From: Callorhinchus milii
Taxonomy: Eukaryota
DNA length: 64,000 nt
Reading direction: 5' to 3'
Assembly (NCBI RefSeq): GCF_018977255.1
Contig: NW_024704742.1
Coordinates: forward strand, 128,528,001-128,592,000
Part shown: piece by piece, positions 1 through 11,017 of the stretch
Numbering within the stretch: position 1 is the first letter of the stretch
Layout: every line of letters starts with the position of its first letter
Translations under genes and position numbers: made by a program
Notes under the pieces: generated by a model
Database searches by the model: none
Seen by the model: the letters and a program-made list of their open reading frames with translations, nothing else
Told to the model about the DNA's origin: nothing

Positions 1-87
1 GGACATTAAAAATCCCTTGCCACTAATTGAAAAAAGAAGGGTGTTTCTCCCGGCGTGTCGGCTGACATTTTTCTAGATTAATTGATC

Positions 88-481
88 CATAGAACCTTAG
101 GAATTTACAGCACAGAAGAAGGTCATTCGGCCCACTGTGTCTGTGCCAGCTCCCTCAAGAGCAATACTTCCAGTTCTTGCAGTCCCATCCACCTGCCCTT
201 TCCCCATGCTCCTGTAGCTGGCTCTTTTTAAGAGATTTGTACAGTTCCCTTTTAAAGGTCAATATGGATTTTGTCTCAACCACTGCTCCTGGCAGGGCAT
301 TCCATATCCTGATTAGTCTGTGGGAAAACATTTTTCCTAAACTTCCCATTTGCATATTTGTTATCTTAAATTGATGCCATATAGTTACTAACACACCAAA
401 AGTTGGGAATAATTTATACCGATTTATACCTGACTTTATCAAAACCCTCATACTTTTAAAGTCCTCTATCAGGTCATCCCA
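88..481 (-). mobile_element. CR1 LINE 3' fragment (decayed ORF2 C-terminus + 3' UTR), inserted in a DeuSINE remnant (1-70, ~490-600)
   Basis: ORF 155-484(-) has the CR1 motif IWNALP..VVE..SI..FKRELY; tail GGGCCGAATGACCTTCTTCTGTGCTG on minus strand. Confidence 0.85.
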
Positions 482-717
482 CAATCCAAAACATCACAAT
501 TGTTTACAGGAGCACCTAAAATAGTCACTACACTTGACCATACTTACCTTAAAAGGCCTTTGAGATGTTTTAATGTGATGAAGAGCTATAAAAATGTATA
601 TTCTCTCTATCTAATTGTTAAGTATGATCATGTGAGGTGGTTTAAAAGGACAATCTTACATAGTTAAGGCACTTCAAAGGCAGCACAGGCACACCCAGCA
701 GTAACTTCCCCCCTTCT

Positions 718-1015
718 TATAATAATCATTGCATTTGATATAGCGCCTTATCATGTCTTTGAGATGTCTCAAAGCGCTTCCCAGAATTTACTGTAAAGTG
801 AATTGACTGAATATTTTGTGAGTGAAATGCGGCAGCCGACTGCACACAGCAGTGTCCCACAAACAGTTGTGGATTTATGCCAAATTATTATTATTATTTG
901 TTTGTTTGAAGGGATTATTACCTTCAGAAAAGCGATCCGACAATCGACTAATAACTTACTGTTAAGTAAACAGAAGCATGTGAAGGTGCCTAATGTTTCA
1001 CCTTGCTGGGAATCA

Positions 1016-1048
<33 letters not shown>

Positions 1049-1064
1049 CCAGGTCCTCTTGCTT
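718..1064 (-). mobile_element. tRNA-derived SINE, long subfamily, head interrupted by (AAT)n
   Basis: Tail ATAATCATTGCATTTGATATAGCGCC and body CACAGCAGTGTCCCACAAACAG shared with many copies. Confidence 0.85.
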
Positions 1065-1519
1065 CTTCCACATCAAACACCTGGGACACTTTATGTTTAA
1101 ACTGATATGATTTCTCTTTGGATCCAGTTCACCCAATCGCTGGTTATTCATGCCTGATGATAAACATAGTTTCCTCGTTTTCTGACTTTCTGCCCAGATT
1201 TATCTATCTGTTCTAATTGGATTCAGATCACTGTGCTGACTTGTCCTAGGCCTAATTCGTACTGTTAAAATTCAGAAGATGGAATTCAATACTAAATAAA
1301 GCAGCCTATTTAGTATGCCTGAAGTATGCCTCCTCTATTATGAAGGCATCTCCTGTCTCTGTGAAACAGGCCTTGCATAAATTTACAGCTAATGGAGAAA
1401 ATATTTTACATGGGATAAAATACAGGGATTTCAGTGGTAATAGGCTTGCCTGAAAATTCATCACCCAGTCATAGCCCATCAGATCACTTTGACTTAAAAT
1501 TTACAATTGCACACAACTT

Positions 1520-2550
1520 CAATTCCCAGCAAGGCAAAACGTTCGGCAAGTTTCCTTACTCCACATAACTGTTTATCTAGCAGTAAGTAGGAACCCGGTT
1601 GTTAGTCAATTGGCAGATTGCTTTTCCGGGGGTAATAATTCCTTAAAAAAATAATAAATTGATCATTCAATCCACCAATGTTTGTGGGACAATGCTGTAT
1701 GTAATTGGCTGCCGCGTTTCATAACATAACATAACATGTAGGAGCAGGAGTAGGCCATTTGGCCCTTCGAGCCTGCCCCGCCATTCAATCATGGCTGATC
1801 TTCTAATCTAACTACAGCTAATAACCTGACCCTGCCTTATCCCCATATCCCTTAATCCCTTTTGCAATAAGAAATCTATCTATCTCAGTCTTGAATATGT
1901 TCAAGGACTGAGCGTCAACAGCCTTTTGGGGTAGTGAGTTCCATACATTCATCACCCTTTGAGTGAAGAAGTTCTTCCTCAACTCAGTGCGAAAGGGCTG
2001 GCTTCTGATTTTAGGGTTGTGACCCCTGGTTTTAGTTTCTCCAACCAGGGGAAACAATCTCCCACTATCTACTCTATCATGCCCTTTGATGATCTTATAG
2101 GTCTCTATAAGATCCCCTCTAATTCTTCTATATTCTAGAGAATATAGGCCCAAATTGGTCAGCCTATCCTCGTAACTCATCCCCTTCATCCCTGGTACTA
2201 ACCTAGTAAATCTACGCTGCACCCCCTCCAAGGCAAGTACATCCTTCCTTAAATAAGGAGACCAAAACTGCACACAGTATTCCAGGTGTGGTCTCACCAG
2301 GGCCCTATGCAGTTGCAGCAAGACTTCCCTACTCTTATACTCTAATCCTTTCATAGTGAATGCTAACATACCGTTTGCCTTCCTAATTGCTGCTGCACCT
2401 GCAGACTAACTTTCTGTGATTGGTGTACAAGGACACCCAAGTCCCTCAAAATATATAGTCAATTCAGTTTACAGTATATTCTGGGAAGCGCTTTGAAACG
2501 TCTCGAAGGCATGATAAGATTTTGTATCAAATACAAGGATCATTATTATT
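1520..2550 (+). mobile_element. tRNA-derived SINE (long subfamily) split by a CR1 insertion; SINE parts ~1520-1720 and ~2447-2550
   Basis: SINE body ends GCCGCGTTTC at 1720 and resumes CAAAATATATAGTCAATTCA at ~2447. Confidence 0.85.
1721..2447 (-). mobile_element. 5'-truncated CR1 LINE (HER1-like) with an uninterrupted ORF2 C-terminal 183 aa
   Basis: ORF 1818-2369(-): LVRPHLEYCVQFWSP...LEGVQRRFTR...LGLYSLE.RR.RGDLIE...NFFTQRV.N.WNSLP; 3' UTR GCAGGCTCGAAGGGCCAAATGGCCTACTCCTGCTCC followed by (TTATG)n. Confidence 0.95.
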
Positions 2551-3052
2551 AAAGTTACAGTGTTTTTTATTTCATCAGCCGGACGTCTTAGGAATCTCCA
2601 AACCACTAAGAGTTTCATATACCCATTGAAACAATCATTTGTCAGGTATACAGATTTTTCATGGAATACACATTCTCTTCTTCCGAAGGATTTAACCAAT
2701 TTACCGGATCTAACAAAGTTTAGTGTCAGGTTGGCAATAGTCAAGGCTTGGATACCCCAGAGTGTCAGTTTGAGTACTGCTGGAATTTTCATGAGGCTAA
2801 ACCTTGCAGTTTGACACTGGAGGTTTCCCATTGCTTATTCAGCAAAGACCACCTTAACTGATAGGACCTTAGTTTGCAGGGTTAAAGGGAGTGAAGTGAA
2901 GAACTTCTGGCCCCAGTGACTCCTCCAAATCCTGCTGTGGAGCCAGGTTAGTCTCCCATCAACAGCACGTTGGACCTGCTTGGCTCAGAAAGTGGACTAC
3001 CAGTTCCGGTGGCATTGCAGATTGATCCCAAACTACTATAACTCAGCATCGT

Positions 3053-3358
3053 GGAGTCCTGTAGATCAGTGGTTAGAGCACTCGCTTTGCAAGCGAGACA
3101 CCTGGGTTCAATTCCAGGCACAGGGCGAAACCTTGGGCAAGTTTCCTTACTCCACACAGAGCCTAATAATAATCCCTCCAAAACCCAAAACAATAATAAA
3201 TTGGTCATTTTCAATCTACGACTGTTTGTGGGACATTGCTGTGCGCAATTGGCTGCCGCATTCGCCCACAAATATACAGTCAATTCACTTTACAGTATAT
3301 TCTGTGAAGCGCTTTGGGACGTCCTCCTGACGTGAAAAGCGCTATATCAAATGCAAGG

Positions 3359-3402
<44 letters not shown>
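3053..3402 (+). mobile_element. Full-length young tRNA(Ala)-like SINE, short subfamily
   Basis: A-box-like TAGATCAGTGG, anticodon arm CTCGC-TTTGCAA-GCGAG, B box GGTTCAATTCC, L2-type stem-loop tail, long (ATT)n. Confidence 0.95.
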
Positions 3403-3403
<1 letters not shown>

Positions 3404-4136
3404 CGTAGGTCATAGATTCGACGGCGATTCCATTCATTCTCAGTGATTCCAATGGAATCTAATCAGGAATATAAAGAACTTCATGCTGTTCAGTCATAGG
3501 TCTGCCAATAAGATGACAGCTATGTATTGTGCTTACATTCATTTTATTTGAATTAATTTAATAGTGCACAAGCATTAAAACATAATTTGCGGCACATAAC
3601 ACTGCATTGCCAGGTAAGCTTGATTTAGCTCTCGTAAAAGCTGGTCTGCAGCTCGGCCGTGTGGGGACTGCAATAGAAACAAGTCCATTTATGCAGCAGT
3701 CGAGATAGCAGCGAAAAAGGCAACAATCAAACACAATAAGGTCAAAATAATTTAACACAAGAAGCTTTAGAAAACAGAAATGCTCATTTGGCCCAACATT
3801 ATCATTTCGATTATTTTGTCACCACGAAGGTGCAAGGCGTGATCCTCTTTAGCAAGCAAAATAATGTACCATTATTTTAATAGAGGCTATTCTGTACAGG
3901 CTGTTAATGAAACTGACACTTCCCATCTAACTTGCATTGAATGCAAACCGCTAAAAATACCCAGAGGCTGAAGGTTCTCAATGTTGCTGTTGAAACTCAT
4001 TTGACTTTATGACTTTTGAATCTGATCTGACATTTTAGCCCTGTAGCCTACTCTGAAATCTTGAAGTGTATTCATTTTCCAACACACTGCAATGGATCTC
4101 TTCCCTATTGTTCACACAATAACAAACATACAATAA

Positions 4137-4164
4137 ACACACACACACACAAACACACACACAC
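4137..4164. repeat. (CA)n microsatellite
   Basis: Direct reading. Confidence 0.9.
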
Positions 4165-4184
4165 AGAGTCTTTTTTTGTCATTA

Positions 4185-4452
4185 ATGTTCTGTCTGTTCA
4201 GGTGGATGTTAAAGATCCCATGGCACTTTTCAAAAAGAGAAGAGAGTTTCTTCTGATGTCCTTGTCAACAATTTCTGGATGAAACTGCTCATTCACTCTG
4301 TGAGTGTTTATGGAACATTACTGTGCACAAAATTGTCTGTTGTGTTTACCTACAAAATATACAGTTAATACACTTAACAGTATATCTGTGAAGTGCTTTG
4401 ATATGTCCTTCTGACCTGAAAGGCTCTATACTAAATGCAAGGATAATTATTT
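4185..4452 (+). mobile_element. DeuSINE (SacSINE1-like) 3' portion
   Basis: CTGTTCAGGTGGATGTTAAAGATCCCATGGCACT Deu-type core, then L2-type tail. Confidence 0.8.
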
Positions 4453-5069
4453 ATGTATTGATTATTTTGATACATTGTATTTTGTTTCCTAAAATTCAGA
4501 ATTAACAGCAATTTTATTCACACGTACAATCCTTATATAGAAGCACAGTTTATTTCAGGGCCATAATTGTATTTTGCTACCTGGAAGAACAAAAGCTTTT
4601 CTGTATTTTCTCTTTCCGTTATCGCCTCTTTGGGTATCTAAAACCTTATAATTACACTCAATAATACTAACTCAAAGTCAATTAAGACAGTCAATATCAA
4701 TACTAATACGAAGGCACTAGCATCAGTGCTCCCGCAGAAACCATAAAAATTAATTATCACGGCTGCAACATGCCTTGGATGTGTAGATATTCACTAATTA
4801 AAGTGTGCATGTTTTAAAGATGGTATCTAATTTGTTCAATTAAAGTAATTCATATCAATAACGGTTAAAAATTAAACCTAAATTCAAAATTATACACAGA
4901 TGCTACAAGGAGCACTCGCCTTGAATTCAGAAGGAATAACTTGTGCTTCACTAACCTACTTGATTTCCTTTTCAAGAAATAACTAAATTAGGGGATGAGG
5001 GCTGTCCGGGGGTGGGGGGCGGAAACAAATACTTTGATTTTTTTCATAAGACATTAGATAAAAATAAGA

Positions 5070-5222
5070 ATATTAATCTTTACATTTGATATAGCATCTT
5101 ATCACTTCTTTGCGATGTCTCAAAGTGCTTGACAGAATATATTGTAAAGGGAATTGACGGTATATTTTGTGGGCGAAACGCGGCAGCCAATTGTGCACAG
5201 CAGTGTCCCATAAACAATCGTG
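5070..5222 (-). mobile_element. SINE 3' fragment
   Basis: GTGGGCGAAACGCGGCAGCCAATTGTGCACAGCAGTGTCCCA. Confidence 0.85.
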
Positions 5223-5572
5223 CTATGTGTGAGGCTTATAAGGCTTATGGAATGAATAACACCATAGTTAGCAACAAGAAACAGAAAGGGATGATAAATG
5301 GAAGATGTCAGTGATGAGCAGAGCTTAATTTTAAGGCAGCATCCCACAAAGCAGACCTCAAATGTGTACTCCTTGGTTGGCAATTACAATTATGGCCATC
5401 GAAATCTTTTGGGCTGGCTTTGGGCTTGTACTGATGTATAGGGGTGGGTGGTTGGGTGGGAGGAGGAAATGACAGTCTTCAGTTATAAATTAGTTTGACT
5501 GAAATTTTGGTTGGTGGGAAAAGTGAGAATTATTGCATTTCATGTCATATGTTTCACCTCTTAACCCCTGTT

Positions 5573-5790
5573 ACAAAACAACAATATGAGACTACGGAGG
5601 AGCTAAAGCAAGCTGTCAGAGATGCATTTCATCTTGTCACGCCATCATGTTACGGAAGATATTACACCAAACATGACGACGGATCATTAACTGCCATGAA
5701 AATGATGGCGCTCACACTGATCCTCTGGAGATCTAAATACAGTTAAACGCTTGGTGTAGAAGAATATCGTGAAGTTTTTGTGAGTATCAA
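5573..5790 (+). mobile_element. Tc1/mariner transposase C-terminal remnant with probable decayed 3' end
   Basis: One frameshift at ~5645 gives KQQYETTEELKQAVRDAFHLVTP/MLRKILHQT*RRIINCHENDGAHTDPLEI* (stop 5734-5736), resembling the Tc1/mariner C-terminal ELK...R...C....G.H pattern. Confidence 0.7.
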
Positions 5791-6369
5791 TACAGAGTTT
5801 TTCCCTATGAAGTAGAATGTGTGAGGTGATGTTTACAATTAATTCAGTAGGTTTTTGTGGTATGTGAAAAAAGCATATTTAAAATTGTTTTTTTTCTTAA
5901 AAAATGTTCTGATCAGTACAATCAGTACAGCACTTATTCCTAAGTACAAGTGCAACATAAACACCGATTACATGAATACTCTCATACTCTCCCACTCACT
6001 TCCTTTACTTAACTTTTTCTGACTTAAGCGCTCTGAGAAGCTATTCGGTGTAGAGGGCAACTTGTTGTTACTGTTGTTGTTAACTGAGTTCAATAAGCAC
6101 GGCAGAGCTTGAAGCATTCAATACGACTTTCTAATCTAAATGATCTAAATTCAGAGTTCCTCAACCAAGCTGCATGTGCATTGAACGCATATTCTGATGA
6201 ATTTCTTTTTTTAAGAATTGCTTCTTCTGTTTTCTCTCAAGAATCTAGAAAGTAATCAAAAGATTATTTTCCCTTTAATAATTTTCCCCCCTCTGAAAAA
6301 AATAACAAATATATAAAATGTTAATAATGTACTCAATTTTTCTCAAGAAACTGCACACGCTTAAGTGTT

Positions 6370-6880
6370 ACTTGTCTGTGGGACATTGGGCTCAATTGGC
6401 TACCATGTTTCACCCAAAATAATATCTAGTCAATTCACTTTACAGTATATTCTGTAAAGCGCTTTGAGACGTCTCGAAGATGTGATAAAGCGCTATATGA
6501 AATGCAAGGCTTATTATAATTATTATTATTATTGTTATTATTATTATTGTTGTGCGCAAAATAAAACAATAATAAATTGGTCACTTCAATCTACGACTGT
6601 TTGTGCGACACATCGGCTGCTGTGTTTCGCCCACAAATATACGGTCAATTCACTTTACAGCATATTCTGTGAAGCGCTTTGAGACGTCTACAGGACGTGA
6701 AAAGCGCGATATCAAATGCAAGGATTATTATTATCATTATTATAAACTGGCTTCCGCTTTTCGCCCACGAAATGCATAGTCAATCCACTTTACAGTATAT
6801 CCTGTGAAGCGCTTTGAGGCATCTCGACGAAGTGATAAGACGCTATATCAAATACAAGGAGTATTATTATAGAATTATTA
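6370..6880 (+). mobile_element. Three head-to-tail SINE 3' halves
   Basis: Tail stem-loop plus AAATGCAAGG/AAATACAAGG and (ATT)-rich end repeated at ~6500, ~6715 and ~6850. Confidence 0.85.
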
Positions 6881-7804
6881 CAACAACAACTTGCATTTAT
6901 AAGTGCAGGGCAGCATCTCAAATACTTATTTTAAGCGTTCTGAGACACTACCCTGCGAGAAGGGAGCTATATAGTAAAACTACTATAAGTGACTGGCTGC
7001 TAGAAGTGGAATCTTAACGTGATCCTGTTACAAATGTATGTAGGAAACAGTGAATTGAAATGAGAAACCTAATCTTGCAGCTCTGTCATATCTCTTACTT
7101 GTGCGTTAATGTTACTTATTTATTGTGAAGTCTCACCTCTAGCCACAATTCCTGGACAAATGTCTGTTCAAGTATCATTTTCTTGTTACTTGGGGTCAAT
7201 CACACATTAAGAGAAATCGAGAGACACTTGCCCCTTTAATTACAACAATTATTTAAGGTTTATTTGACTATTGATTGCTTCTATATCAGCAGAGCTCCTA
7301 ATTGCATATCTTTATATCTCAGCTGTGGGCACTAACACAGTGAATATTTTTTATGTGCTTCTATGGGCCCAATGTTAACATCTGCAGACAAGTACAATTA
7401 CTTTTTCATTGGTCCCTCAGTCACAATAATCGCCCACTGCCCCTTCCACCTAACATTTTATTTCGCATATTTGTCACAGAGTTTAGGTTTTAGATTCCTG
7501 CTTTCTCATTGGTATCATTCCCAGCTTCATTATCGCAGCTCGGAAAAAAGGCATTCACAAACACTGAGTCTGAATAAATAGTCCAACTTTAATTTATTTT
7601 ATTATCCTCATTCTAGATGAAGGATAATAATAATAAAAATAATAATAATGATTCTTGCATTTGATGAAGCATCTCTTATGTCCAAATGTCTTGTAGTGCT
7701 TCACTGGGAGTTGCTGTCAAATTGTAATGCCTGTGCACTCGTAGGCAATTGTGACACACATTCACAAAATTAGTTTGCTCTTTCAGAGCAGCCACCCCTC
7801 ATCA

Positions 7805-8130
7805 CAGATTTAAGCTGCTTTTAAAATTAATCGAATGATGTGGCCTCAACCACCCTCCTTGGCAATCTGTTCCAATTGTTAATTATTCTCTGAATAAAGA
7901 AAAACTTCCTGGTATCTGTCCAGAAATTGCCCTTTACAACTCTAAACCTGTTTCCTCTTGTTCTACTCCCTTGTTTCATCTTACAAGTATTGATCTGGGT
8001 TTACTTTTAAAGCGCTCTGGGGAATATCCTGAGTGAGGGGCAAGTTATGTAAATGCAAGTTGTTGTTGTACATTTCCAATCTATTTAAAATGTTATGAGA
8101 TTCCCTCTCGAGACTGAAGAGCCCTAGCTT
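7805..8130 (-). mobile_element. Old CR1 fragment with an embedded L2 tail (~8010-8068)
   Basis: CTCAACCACCCTCCTTGGCAATCTGTTCCA (WNRLP..VVE on minus strand); LGLFSLER in ORF 7981-8235. Confidence 0.65.
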
Positions 8131-8134
8131 GTCT

Positions 8135-8456
8135 TCAAATTCCTTCATGCCCTGGCACCTCCCTACCTCTCCAACCAGCTTACTCCCCGACCCACTACCT
8201 GCTACCACCACTCGACTGGCTCCGGCCTCGTGCATGTCCTCATACCCTTCTTTCCACCATTAGTGGCTGCCCTTTCAACCACTTTGACACTGCCTCTATC
8301 CCTCCGCCTTGCCCCCTCCTTCCTTATCTTCAGATCGTGCCTGAAGACTTTCCTCTTCATCCATTCGGTGTTGTGCTTCTCCACTGTCAAGTGCTCTGGG
8401 ACGCTACCCTGCGTGAGGGGCACTATATAAATGGAAATTATTGTTGTTGTTGTTGT
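8135..8456 (+). mobile_element. L2 LINE 3' fragment (type C tail)
   Basis: F.S.LKTFLF coding remnant; tail GTGCTCTGGGACGCTACCCTGCGTGAGGGGCACTATATAAATGG, then (TTG)n. Confidence 0.8.
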
Positions 8457-9764
8457 CTAATTAGTGCTTATAGCTCAATCCTCTCATAAAGCGAATCATT
8501 CATTGATCCGGACAATTGATGGCCTGGACCTTGGGTGAAACTCCCTTTCCTTTTATATAGCATCACAGGATGGCATCATTGATGTCAACCTGAACCAGGA
8601 AACAGGATCCTGGTTTAACATCTCACTGAAGGACAAGTGAAAGAACTCAGGGCTAGGGAAAACAATATTTCCTCCCCGCATCCCACCCTGCTCCCCAGCC
8701 TTATTCAGTGTCACCATCAAACAATGCATCACAACTCTAACTTCAACATGAATGGCATTACGATTCAAATACTTTCTCTGGCATCAAAGCTCATCTTGCA
8801 TATTGATGATATGAAACTTCAAAGATCAACCTATGATTTCAAAGGTTTCTGTGCGTTTCAGTTGGCAGATAAATACGTAGTTGAATGTGTACAAAATTCC
8901 TTGTGTGCTCCACACAAAATTCTTCCTTTGAAATCTCTGCTAATTACTAACAAAAGCAGAATTCCTCTGGATTTCAGTCTTTCCATTACCATTTGTGTGT
9001 TATCGATTCACAGTTATTGGGACCATCAGTTTCTTATAATTCAGTGTTGAAATTTCACATTATATTGAAACCTGTGAGACATCTAACGGAAGGGTGATTC
9101 TGCCAGCTCTTCGGGCTTCAGTGTTCTCATCCATTGAATATAACTCAATTCTATGACAGCCTTACAAGTTTTATCAGGATAGCACAATCTGACACTTTTC
9201 TACAGGGTTACCTGTCAGAACTGAATTGTCTGTTTGAAGCATCTCTACCTATATGTAGCTTGGATAAATTTGATACAGGTAGCAGAGTGTCCATTCAGTG
9301 CATTCAGTGTCAGGTACAGTTAATAATTTCTTGTTTATGTCAATAAGACTCTTTTATTCCTGACCTGATGTCAAAGCTCAATATTTACTTATGTTTATAG
9401 GCCCCAGTTATCTGGGCTGTGTGTGTTATGCAATAATTGGCACCTCCTACAATGCAGCAGACTCCCAGTGCTGCACTGGAGTGTCAATCTAGAATGTGCG
9501 TTCCAAATCCCAACCCAGAGCTTGAATCAACCACCTTCTGACTCAGAGCCTAGAGTGCTAAAATTCAAGCCCAGCTAACACCTGTAGTGTATACACATGG
9601 AAAAATAAGAACAGAACAAAAGAGAATGTTACACGGCTTTGTCTCTCGTGCTTTCCATTTTTTTGGTTCATCAGAGTAAATAATCTAAATTGTCTCCCCA
9701 GTGAGCAAACACTTTCAGGAGGCAAAGCCATCCCAAGCTCTTTAGTTAAGCTGTAAACATTATT

Positions 9765-10230
9765 TTTTTAAGATTTTGATAGGGTAAATAGGGAGAAATT
9801 ATTTCCATTGATAGGGGCGTCAATAACTAGGGGGCATTTCGCCACAAAATATGCAGTCAATTCACTTTACAGTATATTCTGTGAAGCGCTTTAAGACGTC
9901 TAGAAGATGTGAAAAGCACTATATCAAATGCAAAGATTATTATTATTATAGTTATAAGATTATTAACACAAGAATAGCAAAAGGAGAACTTAGAGGATTC
10001 TTTTCACCAGAGAGTAATTGGGGTATGTAATGCCCTAACAAGTAGGGTGGTGGAGATGGAGTCCATTGTAGCTGTCAAGAAGGAAGTAGACAGTCATACG
10101 AAAGAGGGGCTTGAAGGGACATGTGGATAGGGCAAAGCTGTCAGACTGAAGCTGTCACCTTGTTCTCTGAGCCAGTGCAGACTCAATGGGCCAAATGGCT
10201 TCCTTCTGAGATTTCTATGTTTCTATTTTT
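9765..10230 (+). mobile_element. CR1 3' fragment interrupted by a SINE 3' half (~9837-9950)
   Basis: GATAGGGTAAATAGGGAGAAATTATTTCCA...ACTAGGGGGCAT; ends GGGCCAAATGGCTTCCTTCTG. Confidence 0.75.
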
Positions 10231-10642
10231 AAGGTAAAATATTAATTCTGAGCTTACGAAGCAACCACTTAAGAACCATCATTAGTAATTCTTGTCTCTT
10301 CTTTCCTCTCAACCTTAATATGTGTCTTTCTTCAGCTCCATCCTCAAGTCTATCACACAGTCCTTGTGTTGATTTCATTATACTCATATCCTTTTTCCAG
10401 ACTTCAGATTGTCCATCCAGGAATACTTACTATTCGATTGAAAGACATTTTTAACAAATTGCAGTCTTGTACTGCAAATATTTTAATCACAAATATGCTC
10501 CTATGCATCTTTCAATGCTTAGTTCAAATACTTTGAAAATTTCAAATCCACTTTGCAATGAATATCAACCCAACTTATTCTTGTTTTTCATTTTATTCTC
10601 TCTTCGAATTCTTCTGCTATGGAAGTGGGAAAACATTTATGT

Positions 10643-11017
10643 GGAGTCTCGTAGCATAGTGGTGTGAGCACTCACCTTTTAAGCGACTTGGGTTTGATTC
10701 CTGGATGGAGCGAAACATAAGAAACATTAGAAAGTTTCCTTACGTCTCTGTTTACCTAGGAGTAAGCAGGAAACCAGTTGTTAGTCGATTGGTGGATTGC
10801 TTTCTGGGGGTAATAATCCCTCCAAAACAAACAAACAAACAAAATTTTGGTTACTCAATCCACGATTGTTTGTTGGACCCGATGTACACAATTGGCTGTC
10901 GAGTTTCGCCCACAAAATACAAATACAAAATACACTTTAAAATATATTCTGTGCAGCGATTTGAGACAGCTCAACGACATTATAAGGTGCTATATAAAAT
11001 GCAAACATCATTATTAT
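10643..11017 (+). mobile_element. tRNA-derived SINE, long subfamily
   Basis: GGAGTC head, CTGTTTACCTAG..GTAAG module, shared tail. Confidence 0.85.

Noticed and set aside
2469..2831. 120-aa and 84-aa overlapping ORFs
   Set aside because: No recognisable domain; the longer one runs into a SINE tail
3053..3125. tRNA-Ala-like sequence as a genuine tRNA gene
   Set aside because: No proper acceptor stem; it continues into the SINE body and recurs in many diverged copies
6370..6880. CRISPR-like or tandem array of palindromic repeats
   Set aside because: Units are SINE tails of irregular length; eukaryotic context; no cas genes
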